Below, piece after piece: positions 1 through 9,288 of a DNA stretch of 64,000 nucleotides (positions are counted from its first letter, which is position 1; each line of letters opens with the position of its first letter). The notes beneath the pieces were generated by a model that ran no database searches, was not told the DNA's origin, and saw only the letters and a list, made by a program, of their open reading frames with translations. The stretch lies in assembly GCA_049320885.1 (NCBI GenBank), contig JBMORA010000048.1, forward strand, positions 1-64,000, in the 5' to 3' direction. The translations under genes were made by a program, and so were the position numbers. This DNA is from Thermodesulfobacteriota bacterium (GTDB lineage Bacteria; Desulfobacterota; Desulfobacteria; Desulfobacterales; SURF-7).

Positions 1-2
1 GA

Positions 3-1721
3 AAGGCCGTCGCCGCAGGTGACGACCAAATCAAACCACGGCTGATGCTCTATAATTTCTATTTCAGCAAGGGGGATTTCGAACAAGCCGAACAGGAACT
101 GCTGCGGGCCATTGAAAAAAATCCCGGCAATTCGGATCTGCACATCATCCTGGGTCTATTTTATGTCAGCCGCAAGGAAATGGATAAAGCGGACAAAACT
201 TTCGCCCTGGCGATTGAAATCGATCCCCGGAACATCAAACCCTACCTGGTTTCGGCAGAAGTACTCACCGCCTCAGGCCAGCCGGACAGAGCCCTTTCGC
301 TTTACCGCGAGGCGCTGCGAATTCAACCGGAAAACAAAAGACTGAACCTGATTTTGGCGCGTTTCTTCCTGCAGCAGAACAAACTAATCGAGGCGGAGAA
401 GACCATCCGGAAGCTCCTGGAAGAACAACCCAACGACCTGCCGGCCCTGATCCTGAAGGGGGAGCTGCTGCTGATCCGCCAACAATACGATGAGGCCATT
501 ACCCATTTTGACCGGCTGATAGAACAAGAGCCGGGCTCCGACCGGCTCCACTACCTGAAAGCCCAGGCCCAGAACCGGAAGGGGGATAATACCGGCGCCA
601 TTGCATCCATCCAGAAAGCACTCACCATTCAACCGAGAAATATCAGCGCCAAACTGATGCTGTCCGATATCTACCTCCAGCAGGGAATGATCGAACAGGC
701 CCAGCGGGAGAATGAACAGATTTTTTCCATGCTGCATCAAAGTCCGGCCGTCAGAATGATCCTCGGGAATACCGCTGAAATCCAACAGCGAGGAAAAGAG
801 ACCAGCGTGGAGTCTTTCGACACGCTTTTTGAACTGGCCTCGGAAAATCCGGCCGGGTATCTCCATGTCGGTCAGGTGGAGTTTTTCCGGAAAAAATACG
901 ACCAGCTCATGAAAAATTTTGAGAGCGCCTTCAATGCCAACCCCAAGCTGCTCAATGTATTCACCAGCATCATTCTACTGCACGCTGTCAAGGACGAATA
1001 CGATATCGCCATCCGTAAGTGCAACGAACAGATCGAACGTATGAAAAATGAACCCGCTCTCCAGGCACTGGTCCAAAATCTACTGGGGGGCCTTTATCTT
1101 GCTCAAAACAAAACCGAGCCTGCCGAAAGCGCCTTCAAGAAGGCGATTGCGCTCAATCCCAACTACCTGAAACCTTACTATGGACTGGCCAGAGTCTATC
1201 TGATCAACAAAAAGGTGGACAAAGCCGTCGAGCAGTATCAGGCCCTGGCTTCCAAGGACCCGACCCAGACAGGCCCCCATATGGTGCTGGGAACGCTTTT
1301 CAGCATGCTGCAACGGTACGATCTGGCGGAACAGCATTACCGGACGGCCCTGGAGATCAATCCCGATTTCATACCGGCCGCCAACAATCTTTCCTACCTG
1401 CTGGCGGAGCAAGGCAGTTCCCTGGACGAGGCCCTGCGCTTATCCCTGACGGCCAAATCGAAAAAACCGGACGACCCGTTCATCAAGGACACCCTGGGAT
1501 GGGTCTACTATAAAATGGGACTCTATCCGGACGCCGTCCGGGAACTGGCGGAAAGCGCCGAAAAACTCCCGGACAACGCCACGGTGAATTATCATTTGGG
1601 AATGGCCTATTATAAGAGCGGCCAACATAAAGCCGCCAAGGCTCAACTCCAAAAAGCCCTCCGCTTGAACGAAAAATTTCCCAACGCGGAACACGCCATG
1701 GAAATCTTGAGCGGACTCTGA
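3..1721 (+). CDS. Large TPR-repeat protein, PrsT/EpsE-like C-terminus (5'-truncated by window edge)
   Basis: Many tandem TPR motifs; C-terminal NNLSYLLA...DTLGWVYY...YHLGMAY pattern. The frame is open from position 3 (KAVAAGDDQIKPRL-M), so the real start is probably upstream of the window. Confidence 0.85.
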   Translation, partial: KAVAAGDDQIKPRLMLYNFYFSKGDFEQAEQELLRAIEKNPGNSDLHIILGLFYVSRKEMDKADKTFALAIEIDPRNIKPYLVSAEVLTASGQPDRALSLYREALRIQPENKRLNLILARFFLQQNKLIEAEKTIRKLLEEQPNDLPALILKGELLLIRQQYDEAITHFDRLIEQEPGSDRLHYLKAQAQNRKGDNTGAIASIQKALTIQPRNISAKLMLSDIYLQQGMIEQAQRENEQIFSMLHQSPAVRMILGNTAEIQQRGKETSVESFDTLFELASENPAGYLHVGQVEFFRKKYDQLMKNFESAFNANPKLLNVFTSIILLHAVKDEYDIAIRKCNEQIERMKNEPALQALVQNLLGGLYLAQNKTEPAESAFKKAIALNPNYLKPYYGLARVYLINKKVDKAVEQYQALASKDPTQTGPHMVLGTLFSMLQRYDLAEQHYRTALEINPDFIPAANNLSYLLAEQGSSLDEALRLSLTAKSKKPDDPFIKDTLGWVYYKMGLYPDAVRELAESAEKLPDNATVNYHLGMAYYKSGQHKAAKAQLQKALRLNEKFPNAEHAMEILSGL

Positions 1722-1770
1722 CGCTGGCTGTGATGACCGGGAACGGATATAAACCAGGATCGCCCTTCAT

Positions 1771-2931
1771 ATGAAATACTTTTCATTCCGAATATTGTTT
1801 CTGTGTATTGCCCTGCCGCCCTTCATTCATCTGGCGACGGTTCAATCCCTTGAGACATATCTGCGGAATCAGTATAAAGAGGCGATTGAAAATACCTACC
1901 TGGGGGACACGCGGCCGCTTTTCAGCGGCGATATCCGGCTGCGAGACGCAGTCAACAACAACATCGACCGCTTTCTGGCCCGGCAACCCTTGATCAAATG
2001 GGGCGCCAAAACGGAAGTCCTGGTCACGACGAAGCAGAATTCCATCATTTATCCGAACATCTTCGCCGCCGATGAGGATTCACTGATGGCCAAGGATCGC
2101 CGCCTGGTTGCCGCGGACAACTACCGGCTCATGAATGAAGGCCTGCTGATCAGCGTCAATGTGACCTTGCAAAGAAGCTCCCTGCTGGTCATTCTGATGT
2201 TCAGCTCGTTTTATTTCGTATCCCTGCTGTTTCTCTACCGTCACTACCGGATCGGATACCGCAAAGCCGTGGAAGAGGAACGGAATCGCGAAAAAGAGAT
2301 TGCGCGGCTGCTGGAAATCGAAAAACAACATTCCGCCCGCCTGGCCGCCCTGAGGGAAGACAAACAGTTTCTGGCCGGCGAGTTCCAGAGAATCAAGAAA
2401 AAGCTGGAACATGACAAACTTCAGGCCACCAGAAACGAAGACGAGATGATTGAGGAGATGATCGCCCTGGAAGCCAAATTCCAGAACACCCTCAAATTGT
2501 ATGATGAGCAGCAGAAAGAAAACGAGTCCCTGAAGGAGATCATCCGGCAGTATGAAAAAATGCTTCAAAAAACCGACAAGCAGCGGGACAGGACGGTGGC
2601 CGCCGTCCAGAAACGCTTTAAAATGCTATACAAGAATGTTCTTTTCCAGCAGCGCGCTTATCAAGGAGTGGCCGATCTCCCGGAAGACATGAAAATAAAG
2701 GTCGAGGAGGTGATCCAGCATCTGCAGACCGATCCCGCCCTCGTGCCGGTGAAACGCAAAGTCATGATGAAACGCAATCCAAAGGCGATCCTGGAGGTGA
2801 CCTTCTCCTACAACGGCAGGCTCTACTATCGAAAAACCAGGGACAACCACATTGAAATTCTGGCCGTGGGAACCAAAAACACCCAAAACAAAGACCTGGC
2901 CTATCTGGACGGTCTTGATCTGCCGGACTGA
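1771..2931 (+). CDS. Two-TM membrane protein with coiled coil and C-terminal RelE/HigB-like domain
   Basis: Hydrophobic segments ILFLCIALPPFIHLATV and LLVILMFSSFYFVSLLFLY; E/K/Q-rich coiled coil; C-terminal ILEVTFSYNGRLYY...IEILAVGTKNTQNKDL. The ORF is solid; the domain call is by eye. Confidence 0.75.
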   Translation: MKYFSFRILFLCIALPPFIHLATVQSLETYLRNQYKEAIENTYLGDTRPLFSGDIRLRDAVNNNIDRFLARQPLIKWGAKTEVLVTTKQNSIIYPNIFAADEDSLMAKDRRLVAADNYRLMNEGLLISVNVTLQRSSLLVILMFSSFYFVSLLFLYRHYRIGYRKAVEEERNREKEIARLLEIEKQHSARLAALREDKQFLAGEFQRIKKKLEHDKLQATRNEDEMIEEMIALEAKFQNTLKLYDEQQKENESLKEIIRQYEKMLQKTDKQRDRTVAAVQKRFKMLYKNVLFQQRAYQGVADLPEDMKIKVEEVIQHLQTDPALVPVKRKVMMKRNPKAILEVTFSYNGRLYYRKTRDNHIEILAVGTKNTQNKDLAYLDGLDLPD

Positions 2932-2997
2932 AAACAGGAAGCACAAATCTCCGAACTGCGATAAAAAAGCAGCCGGCAAGGTGCTGAGGAATCCTGG

Positions 2998-3456
2998 TCA
3001 GTGCTTGGCGTTGCGGTACAAAAGGGTCGTGCTTCGCACCTTTCTGGTCAGAAGCCAGGCAAAGTTATGCATGACGGCCAGTGCCACGGAGGGTTTTTCC
3101 AGGCTGTAGCGGTCAAAATCGGCGCGTGACAGGACCAGGGCGCTGGAATCCTCCATTGTCCAGGCCGAAGCCGAACGTTTGGCTCCGTCGATGAAGGAGA
3201 ATTCACCGAAAATTTCACCTGGACGAATGATGGAAATCCACTCCTCTTCCTCTTTCCGCCAGACCATCCGGATGGTGATTTTCACGCTGCCCCGGGAGAG
3301 CAGGTACATGTTGTCGCCGATATCGTCTTCCGAAAAAATCTGAGTATCCTTCGGAAGACTGACCTCCGTCAGCAAGGTTTCGATGTCAGCCAGATCTGCG
3401 GGTGAGATGTTGTTGAACAATTCGGACAATGCCAAAAACCGGATACGGTCATTCAT
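2998..3456 (-). CDS. Stand-alone cyclic-nucleotide-binding (CAP_ED) domain protein
   Basis: IFSEDDIGDNMYLLSRGSV and GEIFGEFSFIDGAKRSASA motifs; no HTH. Confidence 0.9.
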   Translation of the reverse strand: MNDRIRFLALSELFNNISPADLADIETLLTEVSLPKDTQIFSEDDIGDNMYLLSRGSVKITIRMVWRKEEEEWISIIRPGEIFGEFSFIDGAKRSASAWTMEDSSALVLSRADFDRYSLEKPSVALAVMHNFAWLLTRKVRSTTLLYRNAKH

Positions 3457-3509
3457 TGCGGACTCCCAGGCGGGCGTTTTGGTCAGCCCGCATGAATTTG
3501 GATAACAGC

Positions 3510-4349
3510 TCAGCGATGTTCCCGCCGGGCGATTTCTTCCGTCATGAAAACAGCCACTTTTTCACTGTGGGTTTCCTTGTTGCTCTGCATCAGCTCCAAC
3601 CGTGCGGACGGCAGCAGGGCGACCATTTTTTCCAGGGTCTCAATCCCGTGGAGGGTGTCGCTTTTTGCACCGATGATAACCACCGGCGCCTGGATGAGAT
3701 GAAGCCGGTTCCACAGCGAGTAATCCTTGAGGGCATAGGCGTTGGCTTTCAGGCGGATCGGTTCCGCAGCGTCGATGGTGCCTTCGTATTTCTTCACCTG
3801 TTCCGGTTCCTTTTTCCGGTCCAGACGGAAATGCTTCAAATACAATTTCAGAATGGGGCGCACCAGCGTGTATAACCCCGCGGGAACAAAACGGATGATG
3901 AACAGAAGCCAGGGAGGAAAAGGGAAATCGCAAATCGGTGAAATCAGCAGCGCTGCTTGCGGCTGCCGAACATTCCCCGCCATGTAATCCAGGATGATGG
4001 TGGCGCCCAGGGAACTGCCGGCGAGATAAAACGGCCGCCCGTCTTCGATTTTACGCTCGATGAGTTCCCGGATGTCCATGCGCATACGCGGAACGGAAAA
4101 GTCCACCGCCTGATTTTCCGGCAATCGCGCACTCCGTTTTTCGCGTGTTTCCACGTACAATGTCCGGTAATGGGCCCCCAGATGCCCCAGGACTTCCGTC
4201 CAGCCGCTGATCAATGAAACCCAGCCGGCCACAAAAACGACCACCGGCCCGTCCCCGTTGTCGTTTTCATTTTTAAAATCAAATACTTTTAAAGCGACAC
4301 CATCGGAAACCGTGATGTATTCCTCCCGTACCGGCAACCCGGATTCCAT
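3510..4349 (-). CDS. Alpha/beta-hydrolase fold protein
   Basis: VVFVAGW oxyanion loop, GSSLG nucleophile elbow, C-terminal D/H (SDTLH, ETH). Start moved to ATG 4349 (MESGLPVREE); the longer N-terminus in the ORF track overlaps the promoter region. Confidence 0.8.
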   Translation of the reverse strand: MESGLPVREEYITVSDGVALKVFDFKNENDNGDGPVVVFVAGWVSLISGWTEVLGHLGAHYRTLYVETREKRSARLPENQAVDFSVPRMRMDIRELIERKIEDGRPFYLAGSSLGATIILDYMAGNVRQPQAALLISPICDFPFPPWLLFIIRFVPAGLYTLVRPILKLYLKHFRLDRKKEPEQVKKYEGTIDAAEPIRLKANAYALKDYSLWNRLHLIQAPVVIIGAKSDTLHGIETLEKMVALLPSARLELMQSNKETHSEKVAVFMTEEIARREHR

Positions 4350-4696
4350 CCTGCCCCCAACCAGCATATCCGTCTTTCCGAATTTCATCCCGAAACAACA
4401 ATCCATATCCCGAAGGCGCTCGAACAACGAACCGTCCATCGGTCGCCGCGGTCGTCTCCTCCCGTCGTTCCCCTGGAGTCCACCGGCCTGACCAGCATTC
4501 TTGAAAAAAAACGGTTGTGTGTCAATGCAAAAATGCAGCCAGCAATTTTGCTTGACACCCCGGAGAACCCATACTATCAACGGTAAACGAAGCGCACGCA
4601 CAATCCCGCTGCCCGGATATGGAATCTTCAGCCCCGTTCTTGATGGCGCTCCTGAAGGAAAATAAGAACATAACAATCTAACATCATGGCTTGAAT

Positions 4697-5461
4697 ATGA
4701 CCATACAGTCCGTAAACCGGGCGCTTGACATCCTGTTTCTGTTTTCCGACACCCATCCCCATCTGGGCATCACGGAAATCAGCAACCAACTGGGATTGAC
4801 AAAGCCCACCGTGCATGCCCTCGTCCGCACCTTGACCCACCGGGGATTTCTCCAGCAGGACCAGGTCAGCCGCAAATACGCTCTGGGACTTAAAATTTTC
4901 GAACTGGGAACATTTCTGGCCGGCACCATGAAAATCAACCAGATGGGCTCGGCCGTGGCCCAGCGGCTGGCGGAAGCCACCCGTCAGGTCATCCGTATCG
5001 CCATCTGGGATCAAAACACCATGCTGGTGACCCTGAATGTCTTTCCGGGGGCCAGGGAAAACCCATTTCAACAGTTGGGCCCCCGGGTACCGGCATATTG
5101 CTCCGCATCCGGAAAAGCCGTTTTGTCGGCGCTTTCCCCCAAAGCACTGAACCGGTATCTGAAGCAAATCACCATGGCGGCCTTTACCCCGTATACCATC
5201 ACCCGCCAGGAAGATCTATTGAAAGAAGTGGAAGATGCGCGCCTGAAAGGATACGCGAGTGATCGAGAAGAGTTCATGCTGGGTATCGCCTGCATCAGCG
5301 CGCCGATCTTCGATCATGCGGGAAATCCCACGGCCGCCATCAGCATTTCCTCTATACCCTCTCTGCTTTTTTCCGACAATACAGCCCCTTTCGTCGAGGC
5401 GTTGCAGCACAGCGCCGGTGAAATCTCCTCCCGTCTGGGGTATAATCAAAACATGCTCTAG
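4697..5461 (+). CDS. IclR family transcriptional regulator
   Basis: IQSVNRALDIL N-terminal HTH, CSASGKAVLS and GYASDREE...ACISAPIFD motifs. Confidence 0.95.
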   Translation: MTIQSVNRALDILFLFSDTHPHLGITEISNQLGLTKPTVHALVRTLTHRGFLQQDQVSRKYALGLKIFELGTFLAGTMKINQMGSAVAQRLAEATRQVIRIAIWDQNTMLVTLNVFPGARENPFQQLGPRVPAYCSASGKAVLSALSPKALNRYLKQITMAAFTPYTITRQEDLLKEVEDARLKGYASDREEFMLGIACISAPIFDHAGNPTAAISISSIPSLLFSDNTAPFVEALQHSAGEISSRLGYNQNML

Positions 5462-7050
5462 GTGTTGTTCAACCGCTGAAACATCCGTTTGTTCCGCCGA
5501 TAGAGGTTGACAAATTCGCCAAACAAGGTGTCGTAAATCAAGCGGTTGGCCGGATTGGGTCGATAGATGCGGCGAAAGGAGATCAGGCCCGGAATATCCT
5601 CGAAGGAAATCCGGCCGAGGGCCGCGGAGGCGATGAAAGCCGCACCGCGGGCATTGGCTTGAATGGGATTGTCGACCTGGCGGATTTCCCGGTTCAGGAC
5701 GTCGGCGAATATCTGGCACCAGGCGTCCGATTGGGCGCCGCCGCCGATGATGTTCAGACAAGCCATCCGCCGGCCGATGAACCGTTCCACGTACCGAAGA
5801 CTCCACCGGGTGTTGTAGGCAACCCCTTCCATTACCGCCCGGATGATATGGTCCCGGGTGGTGGTTTTGGAAAGATTGTACAGGCCCCCGCGCAGAGCGC
5901 CGTCATCCACCGGAGTCCGCTCCCCGTTCAGCCAGGGGGTGAAAAGAAGCTTGTGGCTGCCGGCCGGCACCGCGGAGACGATTTCATCCAAACCGGCATA
6001 GATATCCGCCGGCCCCCGGGTGCGGGACCTTATGTCCCGGCCGTGGAAAATCACATTTTCCAGCAGAAAATCAAGACATTTTCCCGCCATGTCCTGCTCA
6101 TTGACCGATTGATATTTTCCGGGAACCGCGGAAGGGAACGACGCGATGGAGCGGAACACGTCCGTTTTTTTGAACGGCACCACGGCCTGGACCCAGGAAG
6201 AAGTTCCGATATACAGATGACCGTCGAAATCCCGGACAGCTCCGGAGCCGACACAGGCGCACTGGTGGTCCGGGGAACCCATGATCACTTTCACATCCGG
6301 TTGCAATCCGATTTCCCTGGCCACTTCCGGCAACAGGACGCCGAGAACATCCGTCGGGCGCTTCAGGGGGGGGAGTTTGTCCTTTTCAATGCCCAGCCGC
6401 CGGATCAGGCCGTCGTCATAGCGGATGTGATGAATGTCCCGGATGTCGGTGACCCAGAACAGTTGGATCGAATCATGGGATGCGGCGAATTGGCCGGTCA
6501 ATTTCAGATTGAGATAGTCCTTGCTGGGCAGAAACTGCCGGGTGCGCGCATAGATCTCCGGAAATTCATGCTTTATGAGCAGAACGTGGGCGATGTCGTC
6601 CTTGCCGGACAAGGTGGGACCACCGCCGGTTTTGGGAAGCCAGCGCAGGATATTCCACAAGCCGTAACCCGCGACGCGGGGAAACCCCTGCATGATTCTC
6701 CTTACATGGGGAGCTCCCCTGGAATCCATCCAGGTGAGCGCGTTCATCAGATGACGACCACCCGCATCCACCGCCACGGTGGTGGAAAACGTGCTGGAGA
6801 CCGCCATTGCGCGGATGTTTTCCGGAGCCACCATGCGGTTGGCGACGAGCTTCCCAGCGGTCCGGATCAGCGCTCCCCACCAGTCGTCCGGATCCTGTTC
6901 CGCCCCGCCCCCTGGCAGGAACCGGATGGGGGTTTTTTCGGAAACGAAATCCATCACCTTGCCGTGCATGGAAACAACGGCCGATTTCACCCCCGAGGTT
7001 CCGTGGTCGATGGCCAGAACGTATTCTTCATGACCGGTCCTTGGGTTCAT
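5458..7050 (-). CDS. FGGY family carbohydrate kinase (xylulokinase-like)
   Basis: LAIDHGTSGVK, AEQDPDDWW, WMDSR, GTSSW, PWLNGERTP, RAVMEGVAY, GGGAQS motifs. Confidence 0.92.
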   Translation of the reverse strand: MNPRTGHEEYVLAIDHGTSGVKSAVVSMHGKVMDFVSEKTPIRFLPGGGAEQDPDDWWGALIRTAGKLVANRMVAPENIRAMAVSSTFSTTVAVDAGGRHLMNALTWMDSRGAPHVRRIMQGFPRVAGYGLWNILRWLPKTGGGPTLSGKDDIAHVLLIKHEFPEIYARTRQFLPSKDYLNLKLTGQFAASHDSIQLFWVTDIRDIHHIRYDDGLIRRLGIEKDKLPPLKRPTDVLGVLLPEVAREIGLQPDVKVIMGSPDHQCACVGSGAVRDFDGHLYIGTSSWVQAVVPFKKTDVFRSIASFPSAVPGKYQSVNEQDMAGKCLDFLLENVIFHGRDIRSRTRGPADIYAGLDEIVSAVPAGSHKLLFTPWLNGERTPVDDGALRGGLYNLSKTTTRDHIIRAVMEGVAYNTRWSLRYVERFIGRRMACLNIIGGGAQSDAWCQIFADVLNREIRQVDNPIQANARGAAFIASAALGRISFEDIPGLISFRRIYRPNPANRLIYDTLFGEFVNLYRRNKRMFQRLNNT

Positions 7051-7053
7051 TCA

Positions 7054-8280
7054 TCACCAGTCCAGATTCGTGACCACGCCTTGGTCGTCCACCCGCTGGA
7101 TGATGACACCGCCAAAGGATTCGCCGTCCTGTTTGCGCTTGTCCAGGGAGATGACCTTGGAAATCAGGTTGATGAAATCCGAAGGGTTGATACATCCCTC
7201 CGGTGGGAAAACGCCCCGCCGGGGTATCTTGCCCTGGAGCATCAACAGGGCTCCGATGGCGGCGGGAATTCCGGTGCCCTCCCCCAGGGCCTGGCTGCGG
7301 GAAGCCATATGAAAGCGGTATTCCTCGGCGGCACCGTTCCTTTTGCCTTTCACCACCACCGAACAGCAGCCGCGCTGACTGCCGAACCCGGTTTCCCGCA
7401 GAATCCGCTCCCGTTCCCGGAGGATATAGGTCACGGCAAAATCATGGGGGCTGATGGATGTGCCCATGACATCCATGGGTTCACGCCGGGTCATTCCCAG
7501 ACGGCAGATATCCTGGATCAGCTGGTAATAGGCATCCGGCAGAACCGTGCCTTTATTGGTGACTTGTTTCAAATCGATGTATTGCGGCAGGGTCAACTGC
7601 TCCGGATGGGGATACGGATACACGCGGATCCCGTTTCCCAGCACGGGAAAATCCACGGTCTGGCGAAGGGCGATCCCGTCCGGTTCAAAGTATTTCACAT
7701 GGGTCAGTTTGCCGTCCAGGAACATGGGAATGTCGATGCTCATGCAGTGGAAACGGTGGTCGATGACCCCGACGCCCTCGGTGGGCTCACCGCCGTGGGC
7801 ATGAAAAATATCCACGGAGTCCGTTGAATCCAGCAGATTATCAGCGGCGAATTTGGCCAGCAGATTGGTGGCGCCCGGCGAATTTCCCATACCGATGACG
7901 GCGGTGATTCCGGCGGCCCTTGCCGCCGAATCCATGGCCAGAACCTTGATAGTGGCGTCCACGTCATCACAGATATCCACATAGTGGATGCCCGATTCGA
8001 TCACCGCGCCTAGAATCGTCTCCACGGATTGGAAAAAAGGCCCCACGCAATTCACCACCAGATCATGCCCCCGGATCACGGACAGCACGCTCGTATGGGA
8101 CAGGGCATCCAGTTCCGCAACCGATATCTTGTCCGAGCCCAAACGGTTTTTCAGTTCATCCGCCCGCCGCCGGTTTTGATCGGCGACGCAGATTTGTCCC
8201 ACCTGCTGCTGTGCTGCCAGCGCGCCCACAACGACGCTGCCCACTGCCCCACAGCCTCCCAACACCACTATTTTTGCCAT
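7054..8280 (-). CDS. Saccharopine dehydrogenase-like oxidoreductase
   Basis: VLGGCGAVG Rossmann motif, VNCVGPF, YVDICDD, GMGNSPG, HPE, GVFPPE. Confidence 0.88.
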   Translation of the reverse strand: MAKIVVLGGCGAVGSVVVGALAAQQQVGQICVADQNRRRADELKNRLGSDKISVAELDALSHTSVLSVIRGHDLVVNCVGPFFQSVETILGAVIESGIHYVDICDDVDATIKVLAMDSAARAAGITAVIGMGNSPGATNLLAKFAADNLLDSTDSVDIFHAHGGEPTEGVGVIDHRFHCMSIDIPMFLDGKLTHVKYFEPDGIALRQTVDFPVLGNGIRVYPYPHPEQLTLPQYIDLKQVTNKGTVLPDAYYQLIQDICRLGMTRREPMDVMGTSISPHDFAVTYILRERERILRETGFGSQRGCCSVVVKGKRNGAAEEYRFHMASRSQALGEGTGIPAAIGALLMLQGKIPRRGVFPPEGCINPSDFINLISKVISLDKRKQDGESFGGVIIQRVDDQGVVTNLDW

Positions 8281-8308
8281 TTGATTGCCCCTTGGTTTTG
8301 AATTCTGG

Positions 8309-8359
8309 AAAATATTAACTTTGTTAAGATTAACTATGTTAATATTTTTCTGCTGTCAA
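8309..8359 (-). promoter_or_regulatory. Sigma70-type promoter overlapped by two tandem palindromic operators (likely TetR sites)
   Basis: TTAAC-TTT-GTTAA (8315-8327) and TTAAC-TAT-GTTAA (8330-8342); TTGACA on the minus strand at 8354-8359; about 35 bp upstream of the 8280 start. Confidence 0.7.
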
Positions 8360-8542
8360 GTGAAATTGTTAAACGGCGGTTCCGTTTTTTTTGCTCGCCA
8401 TGGATATCGTGAGCCCAGAGGATAAACGGTAAACCGAATGGAAATCGGGAGGGTTCCCGGGGAGGTTTCCAGGCTGCCTGAAAAATGAGGGACGCACCCG
8501 CCGCAACCGGGTAAAACATCCGGCTTGAATGCAGCGCTGGTG

Positions 8543-9178
8543 CTATGCCGCTTGGTTGGCGAGGCTGTGAATGAACTCGTCGATCAGCTTATCGTAAACC
8601 GCCTGCGGATGTTCCACCACATAACCGACGATATGACTGTTGTGCAGACTGATCATGCCGTGCAGAAGACTCCAGATATGAATCAGACGCAGGTAGACGA
8701 TTTCCGCGTTTTCCGGCAACCGCAGGATACGGGAAGCCGCTTCCCTGGCCAACTCCGCAATCTGCATGGAAATGCGATATTCCACCGCGGAAAGTTTTTC
8801 AAAGGGGGTGCCGATATAATCCTTGTATTTAGGTGTCGGCCGGGAAAACATGATATCGTAGTAGCGCGGTTTTTCCATGCCGAATCGCAGATAAGTCCGG
8901 ATCATCTCCCGGATTTGTTCCCGCCCGTCGTCCCGGCTCGCATGGGCCGCGGACAGATCCTGGTACAGCATTTCAAAGCCGCGAATGACGATGGAGATGT
9001 ATATTTCATGCTTGCCGGAAAAATAGTTGTAGATATTCGGCGCGGTCATGCCGATCCTGCCCGCGAGACGCCGCATGGTCAAGGCGTCGAAGCCCTCCTG
9101 GACGATGATTTCCAGGGCGTTGTCCAGGATACCTTCGCGGATTTTGGCGATTTCGTGATCTTCACGGGCGGTTTTCAT
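8543..9178 (-). CDS. TetR/AcrR family transcriptional regulator
   Basis: ILDNALEIIVQEGFDALTMRRLAGRIGMTAPNIYNYF HTH; WHG-like C-terminal domain (IWSLLHG). Confidence 0.95.
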   Translation of the reverse strand: MKTAREDHEIAKIREGILDNALEIIVQEGFDALTMRRLAGRIGMTAPNIYNYFSGKHEIYISIVIRGFEMLYQDLSAAHASRDDGREQIREMIRTYLRFGMEKPRYYDIMFSRPTPKYKDYIGTPFEKLSAVEYRISMQIAELAREAASRILRLPENAEIVYLRLIHIWSLLHGMISLHNSHIVGYVVEHPQAVYDKLIDEFIHSLANQAA

Positions 9179-9288
9179 AGGTTTTCAACCATACAGACAA
9201 CAACGCCCGGAGTCAATAGGACGCGGAGAATTTTTCGCCCTCATCGCCGATTTTCCGTTGCCAGGACCTGGATCTCATTTTCTTCTTT

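Noticed and set aside
5458..5461. IclR and FGGY stop codons overlap in CTAG
   Set aside because: Common convergent overlap with no further evidence of function.
5659..7827. 722-aa ORF on + strand (similar long antisense ORFs at 30662-32983, 52600-54291, 58490-61072)
   Set aside because: Antisense shadows of well-supported genes, expected from GC-rich codon bias; no recognisable motifs.
8425..8530. GGTAAACC...GAAA...GGGACGCA fragments resembling a c-di-GMP-I riboswitch
   Set aside because: Spacing and pairing do not fit, and the orientation is opposite to the flanking genes.
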